Positions 39,060-52,365 of a stretch of DNA of 64,000 bases are shown here, one piece after another. The notes beneath the pieces were generated by a model. It had not been told where the DNA came from. It searched no databases and worked only from the letters and a program-made list of their open reading frames with translations. The position numbers were made by a program, and so were the translations under genes. Numbering within the stretch: the stretch's first letter is position 1; each line of letters starts with the position of its first letter. This stretch comes from Marsupella aquatica (Eukaryota > Plantae > Marchantiophyta): the NCBI GenBank assembly GCA_973895155.1, contig OZ316893.1, forward strand, positions 27,910,210 to 27,974,209, written 5' to 3'.

Positions 39060-40424
39060 ACATGAAGATAGAATATGCCAAGATGTTCAAAACAAAAGAT
39101 TAGAGCAAGTACAGATAGGCCAGAGAGTACAGTAGACGTTGTGCAAAATATGTAAAACATAGTAATGTTTACACCTTATATATGTAATATTAAAGTCCTG
39201 TAAAAATATCCCTATTAAACACGTACGCTGCACCAGCACCCTTCGATCACATCAAGTACAATAGGGTACTCCAACTCTCGTAAGCTCATACTTCACTAGC
39301 GGCTACCCTAAACTCTGGACATCCTCTACTTAAGACTCCCCCACACAAACAAATTTTCATCCACACATTTACGCATGAGCACATTTTTTGAGTAAGTTCC
39401 TAGCTCCTCTGTTCCTAGATCCTCTGTTCACAGCACGACTAGCACTTCTCGCACGACGTTTTTAGGACCACTGAGAACGGCCACAGCAGCACTACATCAC
39501 AGCCTGACACACACACGGAAATCGCCCTGCAGCAACAACAAACTCAGCATGGCTCGTACCAATCAGGTATACACTCATAAAACATCCATCTTTTTCAATG
39601 AATTTTTTTCCTCGTTTTTTGCTAGCCTAGTATCGGTTCATGTCTCCCCGTTACCGCCGCGGCTAGAGGTAGCAGAAACATGGAACAGGGATTGAATGCA
39701 AATAACTTTTAATCTCGCCCCGGGGACGGGGGCTGAAAGACGACCCTGGGGTTTGTGATGCAGAATATGTCTACTGTATTCCGATGCTAGTTGAGGGTCC
39801 ACATCAGGCAGATTGACTTGCTGCTATGATGAACTGCGTAGAATGTCCGGCTTCAAGAATGAAGAGGATCGCCTTAACTTTTTTTGTATGCTTCTACCCG
39901 TGGCCCCTAATACTGACTATCGACTGTCGGCAGTTAGCATTCCAGAAGGTTTCTTTTCTAAGATTACAGCGACACGATTCCGGCACATCTAACTTCCGAT
40001 AAACTTAGATTTATTGTAGAACGGTTAAATACTGACTTTACGTTGACCATTGCCTAACGTATGAACAATAGTTATTAATGGCAGAACTTCATCATTCTAT
40101 TCTACTCACGACTCTATTTAGAAAGATCGCGCACGACCTGACCACTTGCCTGGATTACATAACGCTTTTCTGTCAATTTCTACTTACGGTCTTGTTTAAA
40201 TATTTCTGGTCTAAATCATTTGGTACGCATGAATAAATTCTTGATTAAGTGTCTATCTATGGTACACCTCGATAACATGAATGACTTGGTATGTGGAGTA
40301 TTAATAGAGACATGACTGGTTACCAAGACTCTACGCTGTGATGACTTTGCCTATGTGTGGTGACTTAGTACAGACTTGACACTGGCCTTGACTGGGTGTT
40401 TTTCTATGAAAATGATCTCACTCT
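39027..40424 (+). repeat. (TC)15 plus downstream pseudo-LTR copy
   Basis: Direct repeat of 33369-34748; ends at ATGAAAATGA|TCTCACTCTC, where the host ORF resumes. Confidence 0.9.
39627..39790 (+). ncRNA. Structured RNA motif, copy C
   Basis: Same as copy B; the C>T change in AATCTC keeps pairing as G-U. Confidence 0.75.
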
Positions 40425-43400
40425 CCCCGTAGTCTATGGCTGGTATGACCCCTAACAGTCTCCACTCCAGGGGAGAGGTCAGAAGAAGACCGACCCTGTG
40501 TACCTAAACTGCCGTAATGCCCACAGTCTACTAGGGCCTCCTCCTGCATATCAGGCTCCTCCCCTCCATGATCTGCCTCCTCATCCTCCGTGATGGGCCA
40601 TGCCACTAACCCCTCCAAAGGAATCCAATCCTCTTGCACATGACATAAGATTTCAGTGTACCTCGTGCAAATAGTGGATGCAAAACCTAGCATAGCAAGA
40701 ACCTAACCTGACTATGTAACTTACCACTGGGTGGTCCTCCGGGACAGAGTTCAGCTTAGCCCATAGGGCCGCCGGGCCATAGCATTTTGAATAGAGCCGC
40801 TCCTGCTCACTTGGCTCGGCGTTGGCTCCAAACTTGCGTTTCTGCAGGAAATTGAAGAACGTCGTCACCACCATCGTTAGTTACAAAGTTCCAAACAACG
40901 TTTTTGACTTAACGTTGTTCAAATCAAGGTTTATGGTTTAGCTGCCATATTAACGACGCAAGAACAACGTTAATTAAATGTAATGTCATGAGAGACGTCA
41001 TAAGGTAGGAAGAACGTAGGATGGGGAGACGTAAATTGGATAATGTACGATGTTAGAGGAGAAAAACAATGTTAATTCTTGGTTCTCACCGCAATGGCCG
41101 AAGCATGAACAAGCTGTGCTTTGAAGAGGGTGGGGGACTTACATAGGTTGCGAGGAAGCCTCGCCATCCTCCCTGGCCCCAGAAGTTGGTCACACACAGG
41201 TGGCCATTTGATTTGCGGGCTGTAGTAGCTTTGTCCCCCATGTGCACTCGCTTGCCTACTAAGGTGTCAGGTGCTGCTTCCAACTCAGCCACGATCAACT
41301 TGAAGTCGGCCTCACTCATTCCTTCTGGTTTCAGGTATTGCTCTGTCCTTGGGCATCTCATTTTTTGAACCTTGTTTCTCCATCTAAACCTCTGATCTGC
41401 AAGGTAGCCTACAATCTTTTGTTTGATGTGCCTGTAGTCTATTTCACGGCCATTCCTAAACCCAGCCTGCACATCATTCAGGAGGAGCTGAAACTTCTTT
41501 GGATTCTGTGCGAGATCCTTCCAAGTTGTCCAACCAGGACAGTGCTTAGCACAACACGTCTGCACTCGATTTGTGAGGGCCTTCTCATCCACAACATCCG
41601 GCCTAGCATCAAACACGTCCAAGGTGATGGTTGGGAGTTTATCTCGACTCACAATAGTAGTTACAAGAGAAGGTCGTCGCTTCTTGTGGGAGTGACGTTC
41701 ATGCTGAGGTGAGTACCTCTCTCTTCTGTTTGCCCTTGCATCTCCCTCTGTTCTTCTTCTTTTGTAGCTGCTTCTACTATGTGTATTTGCATCTCTATGC
41801 TCCTTCCCTTTCCCCTCCCGTCTTCTCATCAAGGCTGCTATTGCTACTGTGTGGTCTATCATGATGCCTCCTCTGCTTGCAAGAGTCCCGATCCTGATCA
41901 GGCTAGAATCTGTCATGTGCTACCCTGACCATGCTCTTGATTGGGGTCCCACTAGGTGCCTGAGAATCAGGCTACATTCCATTGAAGGCAGGATCGTCCC
42001 ACCCATCATCTGGTAGGGATGGGAAGGAGTTGAGAGCATCAATCGAAGGCCCCCCAACCTCCCCCAAGAGTGTTGCATCTTCAGTTTCCACAAGGGTATT
42101 TACAAACGACAAGAACCAGGAAACAGTAACAGTAAACAGTTACTGTTACCAGGAGAAATGAAAAAAAAATGTGATTGAGCTCCATTATTTGGTCAAGAAG
42201 TTTAAAAAACACCATCAATAAACCCCATTTTCAATCGTTTTCAATACCACCATCCAATTGTGAAGGAAAGTAGGGGCCATTAGAACAAAGGTGTTGCCGA
42301 AAACCTAAGATTACCAGCGCCCAACGCTAGTATGCCGGCAGGAAAGCCAAAATTTTGGTATTCCTAAAATAATGAAAATGATGGAGATTGGAGATTCTAC
42401 GTAACGTCAATCGAGAAGAGAACAGGGAACTTAACGGCCATTAGAAAAAGGAGTTTCCAAATTTTGTGGATATTAGCAGCGCCCAGCGCTAGTATGCTGG
42501 AAGATATTGTCTGTCATATCAATTGAGAAGTGAACATAGGAAACTCAATTTGAAGCATTTCCAACAAAGAGAGGCCACGGCAGACGTTGAATATTTTCAG
42601 CGATGGGCGCTACATTAAATGTCAGACTTCAAGAAATCAATGTTAGCGCCTAAACATGGAACAATGAACATAAACAGCGCTCGGCGCTAGCTCAAATCTA
42701 GGAATCAATGAATGACCATGAAAGAACAAGAGAGCCGATCCAAAACTGCATTCCTTACTTCCAAAATTGGTCAAAACATATAACCGGTATTACACCATCC
42801 GCAGATCATCTTCAAATCAACCTGCAGCATAACATGAACATAAGCAGCGCTCGGCGCTAGCTTAAATCTAGCTTAAATGTAAACTAAAACTGGACCTTCT
42901 GTCACTGAAAGCACCCACAGCCCGAGCACTATAATCCTAGCGATTTCCAGTAGTCGTCAAAGCCCGTCGAAGCCCGCCCTGGCCTGTATGTGCTTTTTCT
43001 TGAGCTGAGCCGCACATAATAGGGCCGCTGATCCAAAATGGGCCTAAACATGTAGCCGAAAATACATGAACTTTGAATCAACCATAGGAGAAATCCCACG
43101 GTCCAAGACGAACAAAAGCAGCGCTTGGCGCTAGCTTAAATGGGAAGCCTATGGCCACTGAAGCTTGTGTCACTATAACCACCTCCGTCGTGAACAACTT
43201 TAGCTCTAAGATTGGCAGTCGTCGTCGATGCCCGCCGTGGCTTGTCTGTGGTTTTGCTTGAAACCTAGACCCCTGAGCCGCACATAAGAAGACGAGGGGC
43301 ACCGAAACTCCGCATTCTGATTCCCGAGGTCTAGAACATTTGTATCAAGGAAGTCAACACATCCCAGTCGCTCTTGTACTCGTCGCTGAATAGGCTGAAA

Positions 43401-44044
43401 ACCAATCAGGAACTGCGAGCGGAGTGTCCCGGTCGTCAATCCAAGGTAAGTTCCTCTCCCCGGGACTAATCGCCTCATCATACGGAAGCGCAAAAAAATT
43501 CTGGAAGGTTGAGGTCTCGCTGGAAGTGTCACCATGAACGGACTCGAAGGAGCTGAAGTGACTCTCGTCCGGTCGAACTCTAGAAGGAGCGAGAATGCAA
43601 GCATCTCCTCCAAAGACATGATCTCCTTCTTCTCCATCTAGTGGGCACTGTTAAACAAAATCTAGGCTAAAGACAAGACCGGTGTTGTTGAAATGACCCA
43701 ACTTCGAGAGAGGTTGTGTCTGAAATAACTTGCGAGAGTGACCTAATGGAGAGTTTAGGTTCGGAGATCAGCAAAAATGTATCACAGAAAGGTTCAACGC
43801 AAAAAGGACCATTGAGAAAGAGACGACTATTTTTGGTAACGACAACATATGCGGGGCCAAGGAACGGACGAAGGATTCAAAATTTGCAATTAGAAAAATA
43901 GACGTTTGAGGAGCGCCCGACGCTAGTAAGGGAAATGAGTAATTTGATACATTTTGTTTTCAATGTAACATAAACAAATCATATATGGGATAATAAATAC
44001 ATGTATTATGATAACAGCACCCGACACTGGCAAAATCAAACGCT

Positions 44045-47000
44045 TCAAGAATCGGACGATTCCGATTCAGAGCTCTGTGACCTCTCAATAGAGACCGCCT
44101 CATCATCTACATACTTGCTCCTACAAACGTCGTCTACATAAGGATTTCGGACAAATTTTCTATCAACTCCTCTTCGTAGCCGGAGACCTTTGTTTTCCCA
44201 ACAAAGAGTCCTCTGATTATCTTCCATTCTTGCAGCATTTTCAGCATAAGAGGGTAAAACAAATGGTTTCTCCGAAGTGACAATTTCAAAACGAGCTACT
44301 TTTCTTCTGAGTTTGAAGCGTCTTCTCGTATTCCATTCGGACCTAGGTGAGAATAGAAGTTCGTCAACCGATTGTATGAATGGATAGCACAAAAGCATGA
44401 AGGAACTGGAAAGGAGAAAGAAGCTTATGAGTTTCAGAACATTACTCGGAAGAGTCATCGCTGTCACTCTGGCCAACGGATTGTTCCCGACCCTTCCCCT
44501 CAGGTGTGCCATCCTCATCCTCGTCTGCTGTACCACCACTTGACTCGTCGTCAGAGTCAAAATTAAGTACAGAACGGAGCTTGTCTCTCCTTTTCTTTTT
44601 GGGTGGTTGAATTGGGGGTGGCAAAGTTTCGACTTCCTTTGGAGAAAGTATATCTAAGAACACCTTGGAACCAGTTTCAATGAAATCTTTCCTATTCTCC
44701 ACTCCAATTACAAACCTCCCAGAATAGTCTCCAGCTACAAAAGAGCTACCTGACCCCACTGTCCAATCCATGAAAATATCCCTAGGATGAGTGATGAGCT
44801 CAATGATAGATTGCATGAATCCAACCGACAAACGGGCATTTCCAGCAAATTCCATCTCAGGTGTTGGATCCACTTTGAGAGAGGGAAGTCCAATTAAATT
44901 CGTTATGGAGGGATTTTCCGTGGCAAACAGAGGTCTAAACCTCGAGTCTTTTGGCACCTTCCCTTTTTCAGACACTCGACAGAAGACGTCAAGCCTAAGC
45001 ATGAAGATTGTAGCAAGGTGATAAAGAGATAAATGACTATTTACTCCTTAATAACTCGATTTCATTCCCGTTAGGAGTGGATAAGATCGAAAAGACTGAA
45101 TTAACACAATTTGAAAAGTTTACACCAACATTCTTAGGTTGGAGAGATTTCTAATGATCTCCTTAACATAAGTGTTTAACCACAAACTCAAGTGGGTAAT
45201 CCTTAGGATTAACAAAGATTGAAACTAGAGAGAGTAGGTAGGAGGTTTCAAAGCGCAAGGAAATTGAATTCCGACCATCACCACTCCTTCAATAAGGATT
45301 ATGGCCTAATTTAAGATTCGGAAATCAACATTGTATATGCTTTTTGATTTCTCATAGCAACTCTTCTCCATCTCTTGAATTTAGAAGACAACAATGTAAA
45401 TCAACCCGGGACACTTTTCTGGTCTTGCTTAAGACGGTACTAGGATACTCGAATTGGTTTACTTCTCCTACTATCCTTAAGATTGTTTATTTGAGTTTCA
45501 CGTAAATTCCAATTTCTCTTTGGTGGATCTTCTATATGAATTGGTCACAGACCTTGCTGATCTTCCAATATCATCATAGGCACACGCTAGTATTCATTGA
45601 ATATTGCACAACAACTCAAAGGGTTGCTAATCTTGAAACTTCTCTTTACTTAACCATGGTAAAAAGAAGGGAAGAAAAGACATAGATTTCTCCAAAATCA
45701 AAATGGGGAAATCAAATGCATCTCTCTCTCCCAGGGTTAACTTTGGGTTCTCCTCCTTTTGTACTAAAAGTGGAGATTATGAAAAGACATGCCTCTTCAA
45801 AACCCAAGTCTAAAGAAATATGTAAATAAAAGTGAACTATCCTAGACAAAAATGGAGTAGAGTCTCCAATGGATACACCAACAAAATACTGGAGTCTGCT
45901 TACTCATATACTAGTCTATATAGCTATTTCTAAGTCTAAACCAATGTGGCTCTAACTCTCTAAATATAACTCTATTCTGGTCCTAGCTTTTGGGAAGGAA
46001 CCTCCTCAGGGTTAGCCATGGCAAGGGGTTATAGTCGAAGGAAAACTCCCTGCTGGCCAGTGGTAAAAGGGATGGACGGGTCAATATCCATGTTCTCCTG
46101 ATGGGCACTTGGGTCATGAGAATAAGTGTAAGAATGGGAGTGGAAGTGTGTACTGGGAGTGGGGAAACCAGGAGGGTTGAGGGGTGATGAGGGGCCAGTG
46201 GAAAAGACTCCTTCATGAGGACTAGGAGAGAAAGATCTGGTAGTAAAGGCAGGAATCTCAGTATCAGCTAATAGCTCCTCTGTAATCAAGTCACTCATCT
46301 CCCTTAAGGCTTTACAGGTCTTTGAGAGACCCGTAAGTGCATCATCTACTCTGGCACTCACATCTACCACTAAACCCGGGTATGCAACTCCCCTTTTTAT
46401 AAATCAAGTTTTTAATTCCTTATAATGACCCTATATCCTTAGACCATCTTAGATTTCATTTTAGTTTACTAAAGTCTTGTACCTCTCAACTTAAGGAATC
46501 CAAAAATGTAACTTAAAAAAAATTCTGAATATGTTTTGATGTATAAAAAGTTGATCAAAACCAAATTATATGACTTTTTTTTAATACAGGGGTCTACAGC
46601 CAAACTAGCCAGCTTTTTAGGATTTTTATTAAAATTTTAAAAATCTTTTAATAAAAACTACAACATGTATAGGAATATTTTTTAATTTCATATGGAAAAA
46701 GAGGAGAACCAAACCTTTTATATGACTTGAAATTTTTTAAAAGTGGAAAACCCAGGTTTTTTCAAATTTTAATAATTTTGTATAGCCAACTTTTTAGTCC
46801 ATATAAAAATGTAGACCCCTGCCAATTATACAAGAGTTGCGTACCCGGGCCACTAAATGGTTAATCTTGGAGAAAAGGATGGGTGTGGTGTTCTTGGCCA
46901 AATACTCATAATAAATTTGGGCCTTAAGAAGATCCAGAGAAGCTATCTTAGTCAAAGGCTCAATCAGATCCAAAGATTGAGTGATACTGAGTTGGAGAGT

Positions 47001-50000
47001 ATGCTCAAGCTCATTCTTCTTCTTACTCCTTTCCAACTGTTGTTTGAGTTCAGATATCTTCTTCTTGAGGAACTCATTCTCCTTCTCCAACTTCCTCTTA
47101 TCTGTGGCATCACTCATGGTGGAGATCTTTTCAAGAATCTGCCCTGGTTTCCCTCCTAACTTCTGAGAAATGTCAGTGATGGCCTTCTCCATCACAGTGG
47201 TCTTCCTCTTCACCTTCTGGAATGTATTTGAGATGATCTAGAAATCAGCTAGGGTGTCTAGGGAGGCATGGCCGGGTGCATCCGGAAATTCAGCCGGGTC
47301 GACGAAGGCCGGGTCGGCAAAGTCTGGGTCGAGGTTCCGGGCAGCAGACCGGGTTTTTTGAGGATTTGTCTCTGCTGGTTCCTCATCCTCACTGTCATCA
47401 GAGGTGGCCTGGGTGATATCTGGATCTGCCTCTCCATACTTTATGAAGTTGAACTTGGCCAATAGTAATTTATTCTCCTCTCTGAACAAAACTCCTTCAA
47501 AGCTATATAGATGTACCAGGTAGCAGGAGAGGGGAGTAGGACTCTTATTGGACAGGTTCTGTACCAACTTCCTTATCAAATCAAAGATAAGCTTAGCCTA
47601 GTTGACTTTTCTTTCTCCCTTGTAAGCAGCAACAATGGTAGAGCCAACTCCAACAGTAACTCTTCGTGGCTTCTCTGGATATAGTAGGGGTAGCAGGAAG
47701 CTGAAGACTCGTTTCAAATCAGGATCCAAACACTTAGAAACATTGAACCCGTCCTTATTGTTGATGGCTCCTTTGAAGTAAGGAAGGATTAGATTGACAA
47801 CTCTCCCCACTGGACCTTCTCCTTCATCTTCCAATACAAAAGCTCCTGCAACCATCATCTGAGTCCATCGCTCAGGTCGGCCTCCGAAGGTATCCTTAAA
47901 CTCAGCCGGACACTCCTTGGATCGGATCTCTCTGATCATATCTTCGCTCTGATAACTCCAGGGTAGCTCCATTAGAGACTCACAGCCCATCATGAGCAAA
48001 GACTCCCTCAATTTGACCTTCTCAGCTTCACTGTCCGGAATAGCTGGCCTCAGAATTTTCATGGCAATGGGGACCTCCTTTCTCTTTGATCGTCTCACAG
48101 GAGCTTTAACTGGAGTAGGTGCAGGTGATGTTGAGGTTGAATGCCCCTTAAGAAACGCGAGAAGTGGACATTCCGGCTGGATCCGCCCCTTGCTCCATAG
48201 GATTTCTGGAAGTAGCAAATTGATTTTTGGTAAATGTTCTACCTCCTCTATGGCGAGCTCTACAATGATGCGGCTTCAGAATGTTCAATCTCTTCGGTGT
48301 TGACCACTGGTAGAAATGTCCGGGTTGACCTGGCCGCAGCGTTTTTGATCAACTGACGAGCTTTTTTGAAGAAGTGTATCAAGATTCCGTCAACCAAAAT
48401 ACAGGTGCATCTAACTTGGGGAAAAGCTAGACTCAATCGGGCCTGCAACGGTGATGTCCGGGTCGACCTGGCCTCCCTTCTCACAACCGATGTATCCACA
48501 ATCAAGATCTTAAACTTCCTACCTTCACTTCCAGCGGTGGAGTAGGCATTCCTCTCACAACGAATTAGTCAGTACCCTCATATCCAGGCTCTCATCATGT
48601 AATGCAAGATTGGTCCTATAATCCGGACCCAAGATCCTCTACCAAAAGGGTAGAGCCTCCTCACTCTACTGCTTAAACAGCCTAATGCGCTCGGGAGCTC
48701 AAAACCTACTAAGTTCGGCTTTGAGAGGTGTGAGGTGTGAGAGGCCGGATCGACTCTCCTTCCTTATATTCGGATTCTGCTTTGGTCGTGCCTGTGTTTG
48801 ACTTATGGTTTTAAAAACTTTGGCAATGGACAGCTGTTGTTCAGTAGAGTCGCGTTGTAAGCTTTTATATCTCATCACGGCTTATAGTAAAAAGTTCCGA
48901 GTCGATCATCCTTCTCTAATATCAATCCGGGTTGACCTCTGATGGGCTTGAAAGTCTCATACCACTTCAAAGTAGTCTTCAAGTCCCTCTTCAGCCTCAT
49001 TTGAGATCTTAAACGTAAAAATTCTAAAATTTATGGTTAGTTAACCCTTCTTTCATAAACATCCTTATCTCACAAAGATTTGTAATATAACCCAAGAAAG
49101 GTATGTCAATGGATGTATTCATAAACATTTTTTGAACCGCAAACCAGATGTCACGATGATAAATTTACCTGTCGGTCAGTCTTCGGCGCATACATTGGAA
49201 CTGACATGACAACATTGTGTGACGAGATGCAATGAAATTTCTTCGAATCCTGACAGGCCGATATAACCTAAGACATTGGATCGTACTCCCCGTTATGTAA
49301 AATGGCCAGCATTCCGTCATCAGATAAAAATGGATCCATTCCACGAAAGAAAGAGGTGGCCAAAGTGTGGTCAGGGACATTCCATTTCGGAACTTTTCTG
49401 TCTAGCAGAGATGGTTTAAGTCCAGTCGGAAGGTAAATAAAACCCGCGTGGACTCCAAATGATCTCTCCTTTCCACCACGCACAATGCCCTTCTCTCGGA
49501 AGCCAGACTTCATGAGATCCTTTCCCCATTTCTCTACACCATTCACCCAGTCAGGCTTCTCCCCTTTGTTAAACGTTGAGTCGTAGAATTCTGAGATGCT
49601 AGATTCAACAAGGCAATGCCTTGAAAGTCTACTCTTGAAGTCCCCGACTTTGCGTTGAAGACCTACAGCAGCAGCACTTTCTCGAGAGGAAGATCCACCT
49701 TCAATGGTCCTTTTTCTCTTCTTCCTTGTACTGGTCGCATCCACTGGAGCAATCGCCTTCCCTTTGTCGGCAGGAGTAATTGGATTGGATGGTGCTCCAG
49801 TATTGGCTTCAAAAGCCTTTGGGGTGGCATCTATCTTTGTATCTCCGCTCCCCATGGCGTCTGACTTTCTCCCTGTTCAAATGGATGCCGAGGTGATATC
49901 CGTTAATATTGATACAACGACAATGCTAACGCCCAACGCTGGCCAAACTATCTGTAATACTAGGCCATAAATATACACTTTTGGACTAAAAATACCAACT

Positions 50001-52365
50001 CAGTTTCTGAAATATTGACTCTCATATCAGCTACGGGCGCTAACAATGAAATAGATCTTCACTGCCATAGCAGCGCCGGGCGCTAACCAAGGAAACCAAT
50101 TATACTTACATTTTTTCCAGATCTTGTTGATTCACTTGGGGCCGTAGTATCTGCTTTTGCTTTGGCGCAAGGCTTCCTGCTTTGGTCAACATGAACAATT
50201 GTTGTCTTGCATATTGTTTGCAATCGTGTTGTGGATTGATCCACATCGTCCGGAAGCCCCTGATTCATGTCAGAAACAATGTTGACTGGGATCTGGGACT
50301 TAGACAGCTTATGGAAAGCATCCTTTTCTCTGTGATCAAAGGGCGAGTCCCATCTATCTGTATCTAGGTACCATGGACAATGGGTTCTCTCCCATTCACT
50401 TAAAGGTCTTGCTGGGAAAATTCCCTTGACAGGATACATAGAATACAATTCAGCTAAAGAATCACTCTCCGGTACTACAGTCCACTTGAGGAAGGCGGCG
50501 GGATACGCCCAGAAGTAATCAGGTTTTGTAGCTTCCATGTGGATGTAAAAATGGTAGAGGTACCATTTTGCTCGCTTCTGGTTCTTCAAAGAGTAATCCT
50601 CTTTGTCAGGATACTTCGAGGGCCACATTGTATTAAAAAACTTACCCTTGACAGAGTCACCGTATTTCCTAAAATCATTCGTGTCTATGTCAATGAGAGA
50701 TTCGAATGATTCACATGCCCAATCTTGTAAACGATTCACGGGAATGGTTTGTTGGACCTCTCGCAGAGCACATTGCAACATCCCCACCGCAATCCCTTCT
50801 ACATTATTCCATGTAATCCAAGTGTGACACCACTGTTTTACTGGATCATCATTGACGCTATTCGGATGGAAGAATTGTCTCCAGAGCTCCGGATTGCAAT
50901 GTGCTACAAGCAAAGTACTTTGTAGCTTGGCGTCAAGAGCCAAAACAGCTGTAAAAAGCCTAGCCCGGTCCATGGTACACAATACGGTATCTGGCTTCTT
51001 CTCCCGCTTATTCCTCTCCGTGACAGCATACATTTCTGCGCACATAGACAGAAAGTCCTCAAACTCTGGACTCAACAAAGGAGTGATTTTTGAGGTCTTC
51101 ACTGCCCATTCCTTGGTTGCTTCCTTCATCATAACGGCATGCCTTCTGGAAACCTCCTCGACCGACCAAGGGGAACCGAGGGCCGCAGCGGACTCCATGT
51201 CAATCTTGAACTGGTTCAAATACGACTTAATCTTATCCTGACATAGAATGTACACAAGGGCCTCCTGAGGCATCTTCTTTGTGTACCAGGATCCTTTTCA
51301 CATCTTCATCCTGATCTGCTCAAACTTCTTGTAATTTGCAGGGTCGATGAGCTTACTATAGTACTCCAGGTCATGCATCAAGATCCGCTTAATTCGATCG
51401 GCATCTAGGATCCAGGAGGGTTCCACAACGGCTTGTCCAAGCCTGAAATGCAAGAATGAAATGAGAAGAACATATAAGCAACGTCGGGCGCTCGTAAAAC
51501 ATAGCCTCGGAAAGTTATGCTAGAAAGAATGAACAATTCACAATGACTCACGAAGTTATGCACAAAAGAGTATCTTACTGATTAACGGTATGCATAGCCA
51601 CTTCGATTTCTATCAGCGAACCCTTGTCGCCATTGAAAATAGTACAAAGTACACGCGGGTGGTACTTTGGGTTTCGGGACTCTCCTGAGTGACAAGAGTC
51701 CACGAATAAAGCCTATGGTTCCCGTCAAAAACTGAGAACATTTTGTCCTTCAAAACCAGAAAATCTGGGTCGGCAGCACATTCTTCCTCGAATTTCTCAT
51801 TCTCAGATGTCCATATTGGATCCCAACTCTCACGAATTTCTTGAGTACAGGTGAGAAGCACTCCCTCAGCATCGGTAGGCTGAACGTAAAACCTCATTCC
51901 AATCGAAGAATTGTATCCCATGCTAAGGAAGCAATCTTTGAGCTTGTCGATGGAAGAACTATCTTTCTGTAGAGTTTGGACAACCTCCATATGCACCAAT
52001 CGACATAGTGGAATTCGTGGAGGCTCTTTGTCAAACCCTCTGAAATCCTTCCCAAATGACATGACATGTTTTGAAATAAGATCCGTCTCAGAAAACTAAA
52101 CATCTTGAATCGCAAATGTGTCAAGATTCTCCATCTTCTTTCTCGCTGGCTTGGCAAATGAAATACCAGAGATTGGAACAAGCGATGCGGTGGACCTCAT
52201 TACTCGACGCGTATACACCGAACCAGAGAATGAAGACTCAGAAGACTCACAATATCCATGATCCTGATCCCCAACCACACTATACCCCCTCGACAAGGAG
52301 CGGATTGCATCCATCGTCTTTACGATGAAAGGTGTACGAACAGAATTCTCACGACTGATTACCAA
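44045..52365 (-). pseudogene. Multi-exon gene: ParB/Srx-like N-terminal domain plus C-terminal beta-class N6A/N4C DNA methyltransferase-like domain; split by the 45019-49072 insertion
   Basis: IPLCRLV…IDKLKDCF…VFDGNHRLYSW (ParB-type DGNHR, ~51712-51726); a large middle exon (~51440-50110); FIYLPTG…KWN…FLSDDGMLAIL (degenerate motifs IV-VI); THPRDIFMDWTVGSGSSFVAGDYSGRFVIGVE (motifs X-I-II, ~44700-44790). Several stops and frameshifts. Confidence 0.7.
45019..49072 (-). mobile_element. 4.05-kb solo-LTR-like unit (TG...CA, TSD CAAGG/CAAAG) with internal ORF
   Basis: TGATAAAG…CTTATCTCA; the flanks differ by one base. Removing it restores the host frame (…PKTDRQ, ~87-nt intron, IFATIFMLRLDV). The internal minus-strand ORF 48218-46794 (PLLYPEKPRRVTV…, coiled coil) has stops. 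Confidence 0.7.

Larger units (their letters stand above)
31925..41916 (-). pseudogene. Transposon accessory gene (Transposase_24/Ptta-like segment plus R/E-rich tail), split by the Penelope-like insertion
   Basis: Exons lie at 41916-~41150 (…NFWGQGGWRGFLATY), ~40845-40720 and ~40630-40416 (…GHTSHRLRGE). The reading continues at 32247 in the (GA)n tract as RERERE…RRSRVERDATRGPSG…SEEDPLRYELQP. The family assignment is tentative. Confidence 0.55.

Noticed and set aside
33369-40424. Calling the 1.37-kb direct repeats true LTRs of an LTR retrotransposon
   Set aside because: There are no TG...CA ends, PBS/PPT, integrase or protease, and the RT is Penelope-type.
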